Shown: positions 1-8,604 of the stretch, piece by piece
Layout of the letters: each line of letters begins with the position of its first letter
Position numbering within the stretch: the stretch's first letter is position 1
Assembly: GCA_965248575.1 (NCBI GenBank)
Contig: CBDFJQ010000002.1
Coordinates: 4,192,001 to 4,256,000, forward strand
Length of the DNA: 64,000 nucleotides
Direction: 5' to 3'
Origin: Planctomycetota bacterium
GTDB taxonomy: Bacteria; Planctomycetota; B15-G4
The notes under the pieces: model-generated
What the model was told of the DNA's origin: nothing
Databases searched by the model: none
The model's input: the letters and a program-made list of their open reading frames with translations, nothing else
Made by a program: the position numbers and the translations under genes

Positions 1-53
1 GTCTCTCCATGCTGCGGGTGCTTCACGACATGGGACTTGGAGTCCAGAACTGA
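1..53 (+). CDS. 3' end of an upstream CDS (truncated by window edge)
   Basis: Open frame ...LSMLRVLHDMGLGVQN ends in TGA 51-53, overlapping the gltX ATG (TGATG coupling). Confidence 0.5.
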   Translation, partial: LSMLRVLHDMGLGVQN

Positions 54-1498
54 TGGTCGTCGTCACGCGTGTTGCCCCCTCGCCCACGGGCGACCCCCAT
101 GTGGGCACGGCCTACGTCTCGCTCTTCAACTGGGCCTGGGCCCGGCGTAACGGTGGGCGCTTCATCCTGCGCATCGAGGATACGGATCAGTCGCGCAGCA
201 AGCCCGAGCACGAGACGGCGATCCTGGATGCGCTGGCCTGGTTGGGCATCACCCCGGATGAGAGCCCGTTGGGTGGCGGAGAGTCTGGCCCCTATCGCCA
301 GAGCGAGCGCAAGCCGATCTATCGTGAGTACACCGACGCCCTGATCGACTCGGGCCATGCGTATCGGTGTTTCTGCACGGCGGAGCGCCTGTCCGAGCTG
401 CGCGCTTTCCAGAAAGCTGCCAAGCGCCCGACGGGTTACGACGGGACCTGCAGGTCGATCCCGAAGGAGGAGGCCCTCAAGCGTGCCGAGACGGAGACGC
501 ACGTGGTGCGGCTCGCCGTCGACAAGACGGGCACCACGCGTTTCACGGACCTGTTGCGCGGCGAGATCGTGATCGAGAACGAGAACGTCGACGACCAGGT
601 CCTGTTGAAGTCTGATGGCATGCCGACCTACCACATGGCCAACGTGGTGGATGACCACCTGATGGGCGTGACCATCATCATGCGTGCCGAGGAGTGGATT
701 CCGTCTGTTCCCAAGCACGTGATGTTGTACGCGGCCTTGGGTTGGGACCCGCCGCAGTTCGCCCATGTGCCGCTCTTGCGCAACAAGGACAAGAGCAAGA
801 TCTCCAAGCGCAAGAACCCCACCTCGCTCAACTGGTACCGGGAGCAGGGCTACCTGCCCGAGGCGCTGGTCAACTTCCTCGCACTCCAAGGCTGGAGCAT
901 CAAGGAAGACGACGAGGAGTTCGATGTGGAGACCTTCATCGAGCGCTTCGACCCCAAGGACATCAGCGTGGGTGGGCCCGTCTTCGACATGCAGAAGCTG
1001 GATTGGGTCAACGGCGAGAAGATCCGCAAGCTCGAGCTGGGCGTGCTCGCCGACCGGCTCGTGAGCGAGGGTTTTGCCGGGCCTTGGAGCCGGGACGAGA
1101 TCGTGCGCGTGCTGCCGCTGTTCCAGGAGCGGATGAAGGTGCTTCCGGACTTCGAGAAGGCAGCACGCTACCTCCGCGAGCGCGTCGACCCCGACATGGA
1201 AGGCCTGCTCAAGAAGGTCAAGAAGGCCGACCCGGAGGCCCTCAAGGCTGCGCTCATGAGTGCGGCGGATTTGCTGCAGAGCAGCGCGGGCCAGGCCGAC
1301 GAAGAGCGCGAGACCGCCCTGCGCGCCTTGGCTGAAGAGCACGGGCTCAAGGTAGGCAACCTGTTCATGGGCTTGCGCGTGGCCGTGACCGGGGCGACAG
1401 CCAGCCCACCTTTGCTGCCATCGGTGGACGAGCTGGGCGCTGAGGAGAGTGCCCAGCGCATCCGGGACCTGGTGAGTCGCCTGGTTCCTACGGCCTGA
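53..1498 (+). CDS. gltX: Glutamate--tRNA ligase
   Basis: RVAPSPTG-PHVG (HIGH motif), FILRIEDTD, GPYRQSER, PTYHMANVVDD, KISKR (KMSKS motif), C-terminal anticodon-binding domain LRVAVTG. Confidence 0.97.
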   Translation: MVVVTRVAPSPTGDPHVGTAYVSLFNWAWARRNGGRFILRIEDTDQSRSKPEHETAILDALAWLGITPDESPLGGGESGPYRQSERKPIYREYTDALIDSGHAYRCFCTAERLSELRAFQKAAKRPTGYDGTCRSIPKEEALKRAETETHVVRLAVDKTGTTRFTDLLRGEIVIENENVDDQVLLKSDGMPTYHMANVVDDHLMGVTIIMRAEEWIPSVPKHVMLYAALGWDPPQFAHVPLLRNKDKSKISKRKNPTSLNWYREQGYLPEALVNFLALQGWSIKEDDEEFDVETFIERFDPKDISVGGPVFDMQKLDWVNGEKIRKLELGVLADRLVSEGFAGPWSRDEIVRVLPLFQERMKVLPDFEKAARYLRERVDPDMEGLLKKVKKADPEALKAALMSAADLLQSSAGQADEERETALRALAEEHGLKVGNLFMGLRVAVTGATASPPLLPSVDELGAEESAQRIRDLVSRLVPTA

Positions 1499-1523
1499 TC
1501 GCGACGGATACGGCGGCCCAGGC

Positions 1524-3233
1524 TCAGGGGGCGGTGGAGCTGAGCCCGTTGCTGGCGGCGAAGCCCTCGGGCGCGACAGCGTCCGCGACCCAGGCCTGAT
1601 AGTAGAGCGTGGTGCCCGGGGCAATGCCGAGCGGCCACAGGCCGCCGAGCTCCAATGTGCCGTCGTGCTCGGTCATGAACGGACCCTTGATGACACCGGG
1701 GCCGGGCGCCAGGACACCACCCAGGAAGGGTTGGCCGAGCAACTTCGATCCAGCGACGAGCCATGTGGCGCTGGCCGGTGAGGCTTGGTGCAAGCTGAGG
1801 TTGATCGGCGTCGCGGGCTTGAGGCTGCCGCGGCCGTGCAAGGACGGGGTGCCGTCGGTGCCTGGGATCCCGGGCACCAGGGCAGTCCAGGTGCCATCTG
1901 ACAGCGACAGTCGCCAGACGGCGCCCCGGTCCTGACCCAGGCCATCGTCACCCACGGCGCCTACAAAGAGGTCGGGGATGCCGTCGCCATCATCATCGCC
2001 CACTCCGGCCACTGCGATGCCCAGGGCGTCGCCGTCGGAGAGGCTCGGGTTGAACAGGCTGGTGTCACTGCCGATGCGCGCGTAGCTCTTCACGAAGCCG
2101 GCTGGGAGCATGAAGGCGATCCACACGGAGCCGCGATCCATGCCGCCACCGTCGTGCTTGTGGGCGCCGATCACGAGCTCCTGGAAGCCGTCACCGTCCA
2201 GGTCGGGGATGGCTGCGATGGAACTCCCGAAGTCGTCGGTGGCGCCTGGAGGCGTCTGGAGTTGCACGTCGGCTTGCACCGTGCCGTCGGCTGCCAGGAA
2301 GGCCACGATGGCGTAGCCCTCCGGCTCACCTGTCTGCGGGTCGGGCTTCTCGCCGGCGGTGGCGACGTCTGGGACGCCATCGCCGTTCAGGTCGCCGATC
2401 AAGGCCAACGCGGCGCCGGTGCCCGAGGAGGACGTGCCCAAGGGGTTCTTCACCTGGCTGGTCACGCTGCCATCGGGGTTCAGGGTCAGGAGCCAGAACG
2501 CTCCGGCATTGATGCCGAAGTTGTTGTCCCCAGGCGCGCCGACAGCGATGTCCGGCACGCCGTCCCCGTTGAAATCACCCATCTGGGTGACGGACGAACC
2601 GAAACGGTCCAGCTCGTTGAGCGGCCCAGCAAACTGTCCGCTGAGGGCGCTGATCTTGCGCTGTGCGCGGACGCGGCCGTCTCGCCGCAGGTAGAGGATC
2701 CACACGGCGCCGACCGATGGGTCAGGGAAGATGATCGAGCCACCGTCGTCATCGCCCGGGGCTCCCACGGCGAGTTCCGGAAGGCCGTCCCCGTCCAGAT
2801 CGCCGATGTTGGCGAGGGCATGGCCGAAGTGGTCGAGGTCGTCGAGACGGCCTTCGAAGTTTCCAGCGCTCGAGCTGATCTTCTGGTGCTGCATCACCTG
2901 GCCGGAGCTGTCCCGGAAGAGGATCCAGACGGCGCCGCGGTTCTCGCCTTCGTCATCATCTTTCGGCGCACCGACTGCGAGTTCAGCAACGCCGTTTCCG
3001 TCGAGGTCGCCAATTGGAACGACGGCTGCGCCGAAACCCGAGAAGTTGGCGAGGGGAGCCTCGAGCCCCCCTGCCATGTCGGCGATGCGCAGGGAGTCGG
3101 CGAGGTCACCGGGCTGTGCCTGGGCGCAAAGCCCTGGAGACGACGTGCAGATGGCCGTCATCAGCGCCAAGGCGCACAACGTGCGCGAGATGAGCTGGCG
3201 CGAGTTGGGCAACGACCGAAGCGGTCTCAACAT
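1524..3233 (-). CDS. Secreted FG-GAP (integrin alpha-like beta-propeller) repeat protein with a ~120-aa C-terminal domain
   Basis: Signal peptide; repeated FG..[VL]..[IM]GD[LF][DN]GDG..[ED]LAVGAP.DD and GAVWIL motifs; start could be 3233 (ATG) or 3263 (GTG). Confidence 0.88.
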   Translation of the reverse strand: MLRPLRSLPNSRQLISRTLCALALMTAICTSSPGLCAQAQPGDLADSLRIADMAGGLEAPLANFSGFGAAVVPIGDLDGNGVAELAVGAPKDDDEGENRGAVWILFRDSSGQVMQHQKISSSAGNFEGRLDDLDHFGHALANIGDLDGDGLPELAVGAPGDDDGGSIIFPDPSVGAVWILYLRRDGRVRAQRKISALSGQFAGPLNELDRFGSSVTQMGDFNGDGVPDIAVGAPGDNNFGINAGAFWLLTLNPDGSVTSQVKNPLGTSSSGTGAALALIGDLNGDGVPDVATAGEKPDPQTGEPEGYAIVAFLAADGTVQADVQLQTPPGATDDFGSSIAAIPDLDGDGFQELVIGAHKHDGGGMDRGSVWIAFMLPAGFVKSYARIGSDTSLFNPSLSDGDALGIAVAGVGDDDGDGIPDLFVGAVGDDGLGQDRGAVWRLSLSDGTWTALVPGIPGTDGTPSLHGRGSLKPATPINLSLHQASPASATWLVAGSKLLGQPFLGGVLAPGPGVIKGPFMTEHDGTLELGGLWPLGIAPGTTLYYQAWVADAVAPEGFAASNGLSSTAP

Positions 3234-3334
3234 ATCGGGAGAGCCGGGCAAGTGAGAAGGCACGAGCAGCGCTTGATGGGGCGTCTGCGTGTCAGATCGG
3301 AGGAGAAGGACTCGCGACCCGAGGGGGGCTGGGG

Positions 3335-3340
3335 ATTATA
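3335..3340 (-). promoter_or_regulatory. Possible -10 element for the FG-GAP gene
   Basis: Perfect TATAAT on the minus strand in a GC-rich divergent intergenic region; no convincing -35. Confidence 0.3.
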
Positions 3341-3506
3341 CGCAGGAGAGGCGGTGGGTGGCTGCCCACCCGACAAGATCCTTGGCCGGGGGCAGGCGGG
3401 GTATAACACCGGCTCAAATCCGAACACCTCGTCCGAACACCTCGCGCGTGTTTCCGACACAGGAGCAAGCTGTGTTCGATCACACGCCGGACCACTGGGC
3501 CGTCAC

Positions 3507-4373
3507 ATGATTCTCGAGCTCACCAACCCTCACAGCGTTTTGGCAGCCCTGGAGCGTCGGCCGCAGGACGTGATGGAGGTCCAGCTTGCTGCTGGGCGCC
3601 CTACGGATGCTTGGCAGCGGGTTGCCAAGAAGGCGGTGGACAGCGGCGTCGCTGTGACAGAGGCACCAGCTGCAGGCGTTCAACAGCGCTCAGGCGGAAT
3701 CAGTCATGCCGAGCGAGGCTCGGACTCAGCCAATGGCGCCAAAGGGGGAGCCAAGGGGGGAGCCAAGGGGGGAGCCAAGGGTGGGGGCAAGAACAGCGGC
3801 AGGAAGGGCGATCGAGGGGGGCGTCAGGGCAAGTTCCTGGCCCGGGTGAAGCCCCTCAAGGGGGTGGAGCCGGAGGAGCTCTTCACCGGGGTTCGCGCTG
3901 GGGAGGGGCCACCCGGGCTGTGGCTGGCCTTGGATTGCGTCCAAGACCCTCACAACTTGGGAGCCGTTTTCCGTTCAGCGGCATTCTTCGGGGTGCGCGG
4001 CGTGCTGCTCACCCGGGATCGCTCGGCGCCCTTGAGCGCCGTGGCGTACGACGTGGCCTGCGGAGGGCTGGAATCGGTGCCTTACGCCAGCCCATCGAAT
4101 TTGGATCGAGCTCTCAAGACGGCGCGCGAGGCTGGGCTCTGGATCCTCGGCGCCGCTGAGGAGGCTGAGCGCGACGTCCGGCTCGTGCCCCGGGACCGCC
4201 CCTGGTTGCTGGTGCTGGGCAACGAAGAGAGCGGGCTGCGGCGCCTGACGCGGGAGAGTTGCGACGATGTCTGCCGCCTGACCTCGCGCGGAGCGGTGGG
4301 CTCCCTCAATGTCTCGGCGGCTGGTGCGGTCTTGATGGCGACGCTCACCGCGCCGGCTGACGGCGCCGGCTGA
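3507..4373 (+). CDS. rlmB: TrmH/SpoU family RNA 2'-O-methyltransferase (RlmB-like)
   Basis: LDCVQDPHNLGAVFRSA, LVLGNEESGLR and SLNVSAA SPOUT motifs; ATG at 3507 inside the longer 2154..4373 ORF. Confidence 0.85.
   Translation: MILELTNPHSVLAALERRPQDVMEVQLAAGRPTDAWQRVAKKAVDSGVAVTEAPAAGVQQRSGGISHAERGSDSANGAKGGAKGGAKGGAKGGGKNSGRKGDRGGRQGKFLARVKPLKGVEPEELFTGVRAGEGPPGLWLALDCVQDPHNLGAVFRSAAFFGVRGVLLTRDRSAPLSAVAYDVACGGLESVPYASPSNLDRALKTAREAGLWILGAAEEAERDVRLVPRDRPWLLVLGNEESGLRRLTRESCDDVCRLTSRGAVGSLNVSAAGAVLMATLTAPADGAG
3738..3791 (+). repeat. In-frame 12-bp tandem repeat (gccaagggggga, about 4.5 copies; AKGG repeats)
   Basis: gccaaaggggga gccaagggggga gccaagggggga gccaagggtggg ggcaag read directly. 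Confidence 0.85.
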
Positions 4374-4382
4374 CGGCACCGC

Positions 4383-5267
4383 TCACAGCACTGGTTGGCG
4401 GCCGCCCTCGGCGCTGAGGGCAGAGCTCACCGCCTCGTACTCCGGGTGCTGTGCAGTGAGCAGGCCGTGGCGCAGGAAGAAGTCCATCAGCGTCAGGTTG
4501 CAGTTGAACTTGAAGTCAGCCGTCGTCTCGATCTGCCTCAGCACGTCCCGCGCTGGCCAGAGCTCGAAGGACTCCACCTCGCCGTCGGTGTTGCGCGGCT
4601 CGAAGTCAGCCGGCAGTTCGAGGTCGAAGAGGTAGAGGGTGTCGTTGCGCAGGCCGCGATCGATGTCCATGCGGTAGCTCACCTGTCCAGTGAGCGTGGC
4701 TTGGCGGGCGAGTGCTTCAGGGATGTCTGCTTCCTCGGCACACTCCTTCACCAGATTGTCTTCGAGCGAGAGGCCCATGGGTTGTCCGCCAGCGACCAGG
4801 TTGTCGAGCATTCCGGGAAAGGTCGTCTTGTGTCGGGAGCGCCGCGCGACCCACAGGTGCAGGCCGTCGGCCCGACGTACGAAGCCGTGCATGTGCACAC
4901 CGTAGGCCCGGGCGCCGAAGGTGGGCATGGCCGCGCGCTCAAGGGCGAAGCACGCCGGCGCGCTCTGGTCCCGGGCGACGGGGTAGAGCTCATGGCCCAT
5001 CTCCGGGACGATATCCAGGGATTGCAGGGTGTGGACGACGCCCGCCATGGCCGACGACCTCTGCTCGAAGGTCTCGTGACCTGCCGTGAGCTCGAGCCTC
5101 TCCTCCGAGGCGTCGAAGACCCGCTCCCCGCTCTCGCCCTTCAGAGGCCGGAGGGTCGGCACCAGCGAACGACGAACCCAGCCCAGGTCTTCCCCCGCCG
5201 CGCGAAAGGGGATGGACTGGCCGAGGTCGAGCCGAGTGCACTCGGCGATGCGATCCATGAGGGACAT
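4383..5267 (-). CDS. NUDIX hydrolase with DUF4743-type N-terminal domain
   Basis: ERAAMPTFG..AYGVHMHG, LWVARRS..K.TFPGMLDNLVAGG, KECAEEA Nudix box, DGEVESF, FKFNC. Confidence 0.88.
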   Translation of the reverse strand: MSLMDRIAECTRLDLGQSIPFRAAGEDLGWVRRSLVPTLRPLKGESGERVFDASEERLELTAGHETFEQRSSAMAGVVHTLQSLDIVPEMGHELYPVARDQSAPACFALERAAMPTFGARAYGVHMHGFVRRADGLHLWVARRSRHKTTFPGMLDNLVAGGQPMGLSLEDNLVKECAEEADIPEALARQATLTGQVSYRMDIDRGLRNDTLYLFDLELPADFEPRNTDGEVESFELWPARDVLRQIETTADFKFNCNLTLMDFFLRHGLLTAQHPEYEAVSSALSAEGGRQPVL

Positions 5268-5342
5268 GGGGGCCCATGGTAGCGGCGAAGGCCCCGTCGA
5301 CGAACGGCTGTCTTGCACCACGCGCTGGCGGCGATTCTGCTC

Positions 5343-6866
5343 CTAGTCATCCCCGTCGGGATGGCAGCTCAAGCAGGCGGGGCTGCTGTAGATGTACCCA
5401 CCAACCTCGTCGTGGTCATCATCCGTGTCTTGCTTGTTGTGCTCGTGGCAGTCGATACACGAGAACTGCAGGAAGTTCCCGGGGGTCGTGTGGCAGACGC
5501 TGCAGTCCTGGTTGTGGTCGCCCACGAGCGGGAAGGAGTGGTTGAAGTTGGCCCCCTCCCAACCGTTGGTGTCGTGGCAGATCTCACACGTCGTGGGGAA
5601 GCCTGCGGCGATGTGGTTGGGGTCATTCGTCTGGTTGTAGTCGTCGATGTGGCAGGACGCACAGTCGGTGGGGGTGCCGACGAACATGTTGTTCTCGTGG
5701 CAGTCGCTGCAGTTCACGCTCAGGTGATCGCCGGTCAGCGGCCAGAAGCCGTGGTCGAAGTTGGAACCCTCCCATCCGCCGGTGCCATGGCACAGCTGGC
5801 AATCGGTGGGGAAGCCCGCAGCGATGTGGTTCGGGTCGCTCGCCTGGTTGTACTCAGCGATGTGGCAGGCCGCGCAATCGGTGGGCGTGCCACCAAAGAC
5901 CCCGTTCTCATGGCAGTCGCTGCAGTCAGAGCTCAGGTGCTGGCCGGTGAGGGGGAAGGTGTTGTGCGCGAAGTTCGAGCTGTCCCATGTGGTGGGCGTG
6001 TGGCACAGCTCGCAGTCCGTGGGGAAGCCCGCTGCGATGTGATTGGGGTCCGTCGTCGCCTGGTACTCGGGCAGGTGGCAGGCCTCGCAGTCGAAGGGGG
6101 TCCCCGCGAAGACCCCGCCGACGTGGCAGGCCTCGCAGTCCGCCGCAGCGTGGGCTGCGACGAGCGGGAAGCTGTTGTGGACGAAGGCGCCGCCTGCCCA
6201 TTGGGTCGCGGTGTGGCAGTCATCGCAATCGTTCACCCAACCCTGGGCGATGTGGTCGGGATTCTGGGCGGCCTTGAGGTCCGCCTGATGGCATGCAATG
6301 CACTCGACGTCGAGTTGGGAGTAGTTGCCGACCTCGGCACCCTCATGGCAACGGAAGCAGGCCGTGGCCGCATGGGCTCCCACAAGCGGGAAACGGGTCT
6401 GGTTGTGTCGGCCGATCTCGCCCTGAACCGACCAGGACGTCTCCGTGTGGCAGTCCTGGCAGTTCACGCCGAGCATGCGGCGATGCGGGTCCTCGTGGCA
6501 GCCCCGACAGCCGCGACTGGCCACCAGCTCGACGGGTGCGATGTCGTTGTGGCAGCGAAGGCACTCGGCCTGCCCGTGGGCGCCACCGAGGAAGACACCC
6601 GTCTCGGCGCCGTGGTCGAAGCTGAAGTCCTCGCGGATGCTGTGCCAGCCTTCGCCCTGGTGGCACTCCGAGCAGTCGGAGGGAAAGGAATCATGGGGCA
6701 CGACAGGCCCGCGGCGCTCCCACCAGCTTTGAGGGGGCGTGTCATGGGGCTTCGCGAGCGGGCGTGTCTCGCAAGCGAAGGCGCTGACGAGCAGGCACGT
6801 CGCGAAACCAGCGAGCACGATCTGCGTGAGACGACGTCGGGTGAGCACTGCACTGTGGGGCGGCAT
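5343..6866 (-). CDS. 19-heme c-type cytochrome, predicted lipoprotein
   Basis: 19 CxxCH motifs counted; signal peptide ending LLVSAFAC (lipobox-like); tandem tri-heme repeats. Confidence 0.92.
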   Translation of the reverse strand: MPPHSAVLTRRRLTQIVLAGFATCLLVSAFACETRPLAKPHDTPPQSWWERRGPVVPHDSFPSDCSECHQGEGWHSIREDFSFDHGAETGVFLGGAHGQAECLRCHNDIAPVELVASRGCRGCHEDPHRRMLGVNCQDCHTETSWSVQGEIGRHNQTRFPLVGAHAATACFRCHEGAEVGNYSQLDVECIACHQADLKAAQNPDHIAQGWVNDCDDCHTATQWAGGAFVHNSFPLVAAHAAADCEACHVGGVFAGTPFDCEACHLPEYQATTDPNHIAAGFPTDCELCHTPTTWDSSNFAHNTFPLTGQHLSSDCSDCHENGVFGGTPTDCAACHIAEYNQASDPNHIAAGFPTDCQLCHGTGGWEGSNFDHGFWPLTGDHLSVNCSDCHENNMFVGTPTDCASCHIDDYNQTNDPNHIAAGFPTTCEICHDTNGWEGANFNHSFPLVGDHNQDCSVCHTTPGNFLQFSCIDCHEHNKQDTDDDHDEVGGYIYSSPACLSCHPDGDD

Positions 6867-6867
6867 C

Positions 6868-8604
6868 TCAGAATCTCTGCTGGAAGAACATGCCGACGTT
6901 CTGGGAGTCCTGGCCGTCTCCCGAGCGCTGTTCGACGTAGACGGACAGGTTGTTCATGGCGCTGAGGATCATGTCGACGCTCGCGCGCAGGGTTTGCTGG
7001 TCCAGCGTTTCTGAACCGCTGCCCTGGGTGTCCCGATCATACTGGGCATCCTCCCAGGACATGGTGAAGAAGGCGCCCCCCAGGAAGGACCGATTGGCGG
7101 AGAGCCTGATGCCCGTTCCGTCGGTGAACGAGCCCATGGTGGTGAAGTAGCCGATCGAGACCTCGCCCCTTTCGTAGAGCAGGTTGCGCAGCGCCAGGCG
7201 GACGTCGCCGCTGCCGCCGGAATCGTCTTCGTCTTCCCATTGGTTGACGCGGGTGTCGATGCGCACGTGCTCGTTCGGCCGATGCCAGGCGCTGACACCA
7301 AAGCGGCTCGTCTCGTTGTCCAGGATCTGCGCAGCCGTGGCTGATTGCAGTTGATTGCGCAGCAGCTCCGGCCAGCGGGTGTGGGAGGCGTGCGCCCCGA
7401 AGCCCGTGTCCTTGTCCACTCGGTACAGGCCGTTCAGTCGAAACTCCGTGAGCTCGAAGCCCGAGGATTTGATCTTGTCCGAGGAGTCGTAGTAGTCGAC
7501 CCAGGCGGAACCGTAGAGGGAGAGCCGCTCCGTGGGATTCCAGTCGAGGGTGGTCAGGAACAGGTTCCGATCACGGCTGCCCTTGTGCCAGGTGCTCTGG
7601 TACGCCACACCCACAGAGAGGTCGCGAGGATCATCGGTCTGCGAACGATAGAAGGCGGCCACTTGCAGGTCCTCGCCCGTGGTCATGTGCGGGAACTGTT
7701 CGGGCATGTAGCCCAGGCTGGCGCCGAAGCGAGAACCGGACTGGGTGCGTTGCACGTACTCGACACCATCCAGCACGCCGAGTTCGGGGAATTCGTTCTG
7801 CAGGAAACGCCCTGCTTCGAAGAACTGCTCTTCCTGCCTGCGCCCGCCCCAGGAATAGGACAGCCGATCCAGTCGGCCGCGCGTCGTGGACGAGTCCGTT
7901 CCGAATTCGAGTTGCGTGCGTCGCAGCGTGAATTCGCCGTCGACGTGGATCTCACCCCCGTGCTCGAAAGGGTTCTCCAGGTAGACCTCGGTGCCGAGAC
8001 GTCCGGTCGTGAACTCGTTGTTGCCAAACTCGTCGTCCCAGATCTTCTGCCCCTGGAAGAAAATGCGGCCGCGCAGCCGGCTGGGCTTGTCCTCGGGCGG
8101 CTGGTTCCAAGCCGTGGCGAGCAGCGGTGTCTGGCCGTCCCACTCCTTGGGTTTCGCCGTCCACTCGGGGTGATCGGGGATGACGCGCGCCGCCTCGGCC
8201 TCGGCATCGGCCGCCGCGTCTGCGGCTCTCGTGGCCTCCAGTTGCTCGAGACGCGCCGCAGGGACCAGGACCTCGGCGCGGTCGGCCACGGAGAGCTTGC
8301 GTGCTGTGCTCGGGAGATCGATACGACAGCTCGACTTGGAGACCTTGCGGACCACGGCTTCGAAGGGCGAGGCGCCGCTGGGGTAGAAGAGCACGCGGTC
8401 GTCCTCACGCACGCCGTCGTCACGACCCTTGTCGAGATAGACGCTTCCTCCGGAAATGGCAGTGACCTCGGCGGCGATGATCTCGATGGCGGGGTCATTG
8501 CCCGAGGCAGCCGGGAGAAGCGTGGCCAGCATCAGGACGAGCAGTCCATGGAAATGAGATCGACGCCCGGCAAGCGGGCGCCGGGTCCAGGGTTGACTGT
8601 TCAC
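6868..8604 (-). CDS. Outer-membrane beta-barrel (porin-like) protein with N-terminal soluble domain
   Basis: Signal peptide; many alternating amphipathic strands; C-terminal NVGMFFQQRF (terminal Phe, BAM-signal-like); lies between two multiheme cytochromes; GTGA overlap with the upstream gene. Confidence 0.78.
   Translation of the reverse strand: MNSQPWTRRPLAGRRSHFHGLLVLMLATLLPAASGNDPAIEIIAAEVTAISGGSVYLDKGRDDGVREDDRVLFYPSGASPFEAVVRKVSKSSCRIDLPSTARKLSVADRAEVLVPAARLEQLEATRAADAAADAEAEAARVIPDHPEWTAKPKEWDGQTPLLATAWNQPPEDKPSRLRGRIFFQGQKIWDDEFGNNEFTTGRLGTEVYLENPFEHGGEIHVDGEFTLRRTQLEFGTDSSTTRGRLDRLSYSWGGRRQEEQFFEAGRFLQNEFPELGVLDGVEYVQRTQSGSRFGASLGYMPEQFPHMTTGEDLQVAAFYRSQTDDPRDLSVGVAYQSTWHKGSRDRNLFLTTLDWNPTERLSLYGSAWVDYYDSSDKIKSSGFELTEFRLNGLYRVDKDTGFGAHASHTRWPELLRNQLQSATAAQILDNETSRFGVSAWHRPNEHVRIDTRVNQWEDEDDSGGSGDVRLALRNLLYERGEVSIGYFTTMGSFTDGTGIRLSANRSFLGGAFFTMSWEDAQYDRDTQGSGSETLDQQTLRASVDMILSAMNNLSVYVEQRSGDGQDSQNVGMFFQQRF

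Noticed and set aside
2154..3506. N-terminal part of the 739-aa plus-strand ORF
   Set aside because: Antisense to the FG-GAP gene plus intergenic DNA; the methyltransferase begins at 3507
5600..6060. Regularly spaced DNA repeats as a possible CRISPR-like array
   Set aside because: They are in-frame 213-bp protein repeats of the cytochrome, not repeat-spacer units; no cas genes
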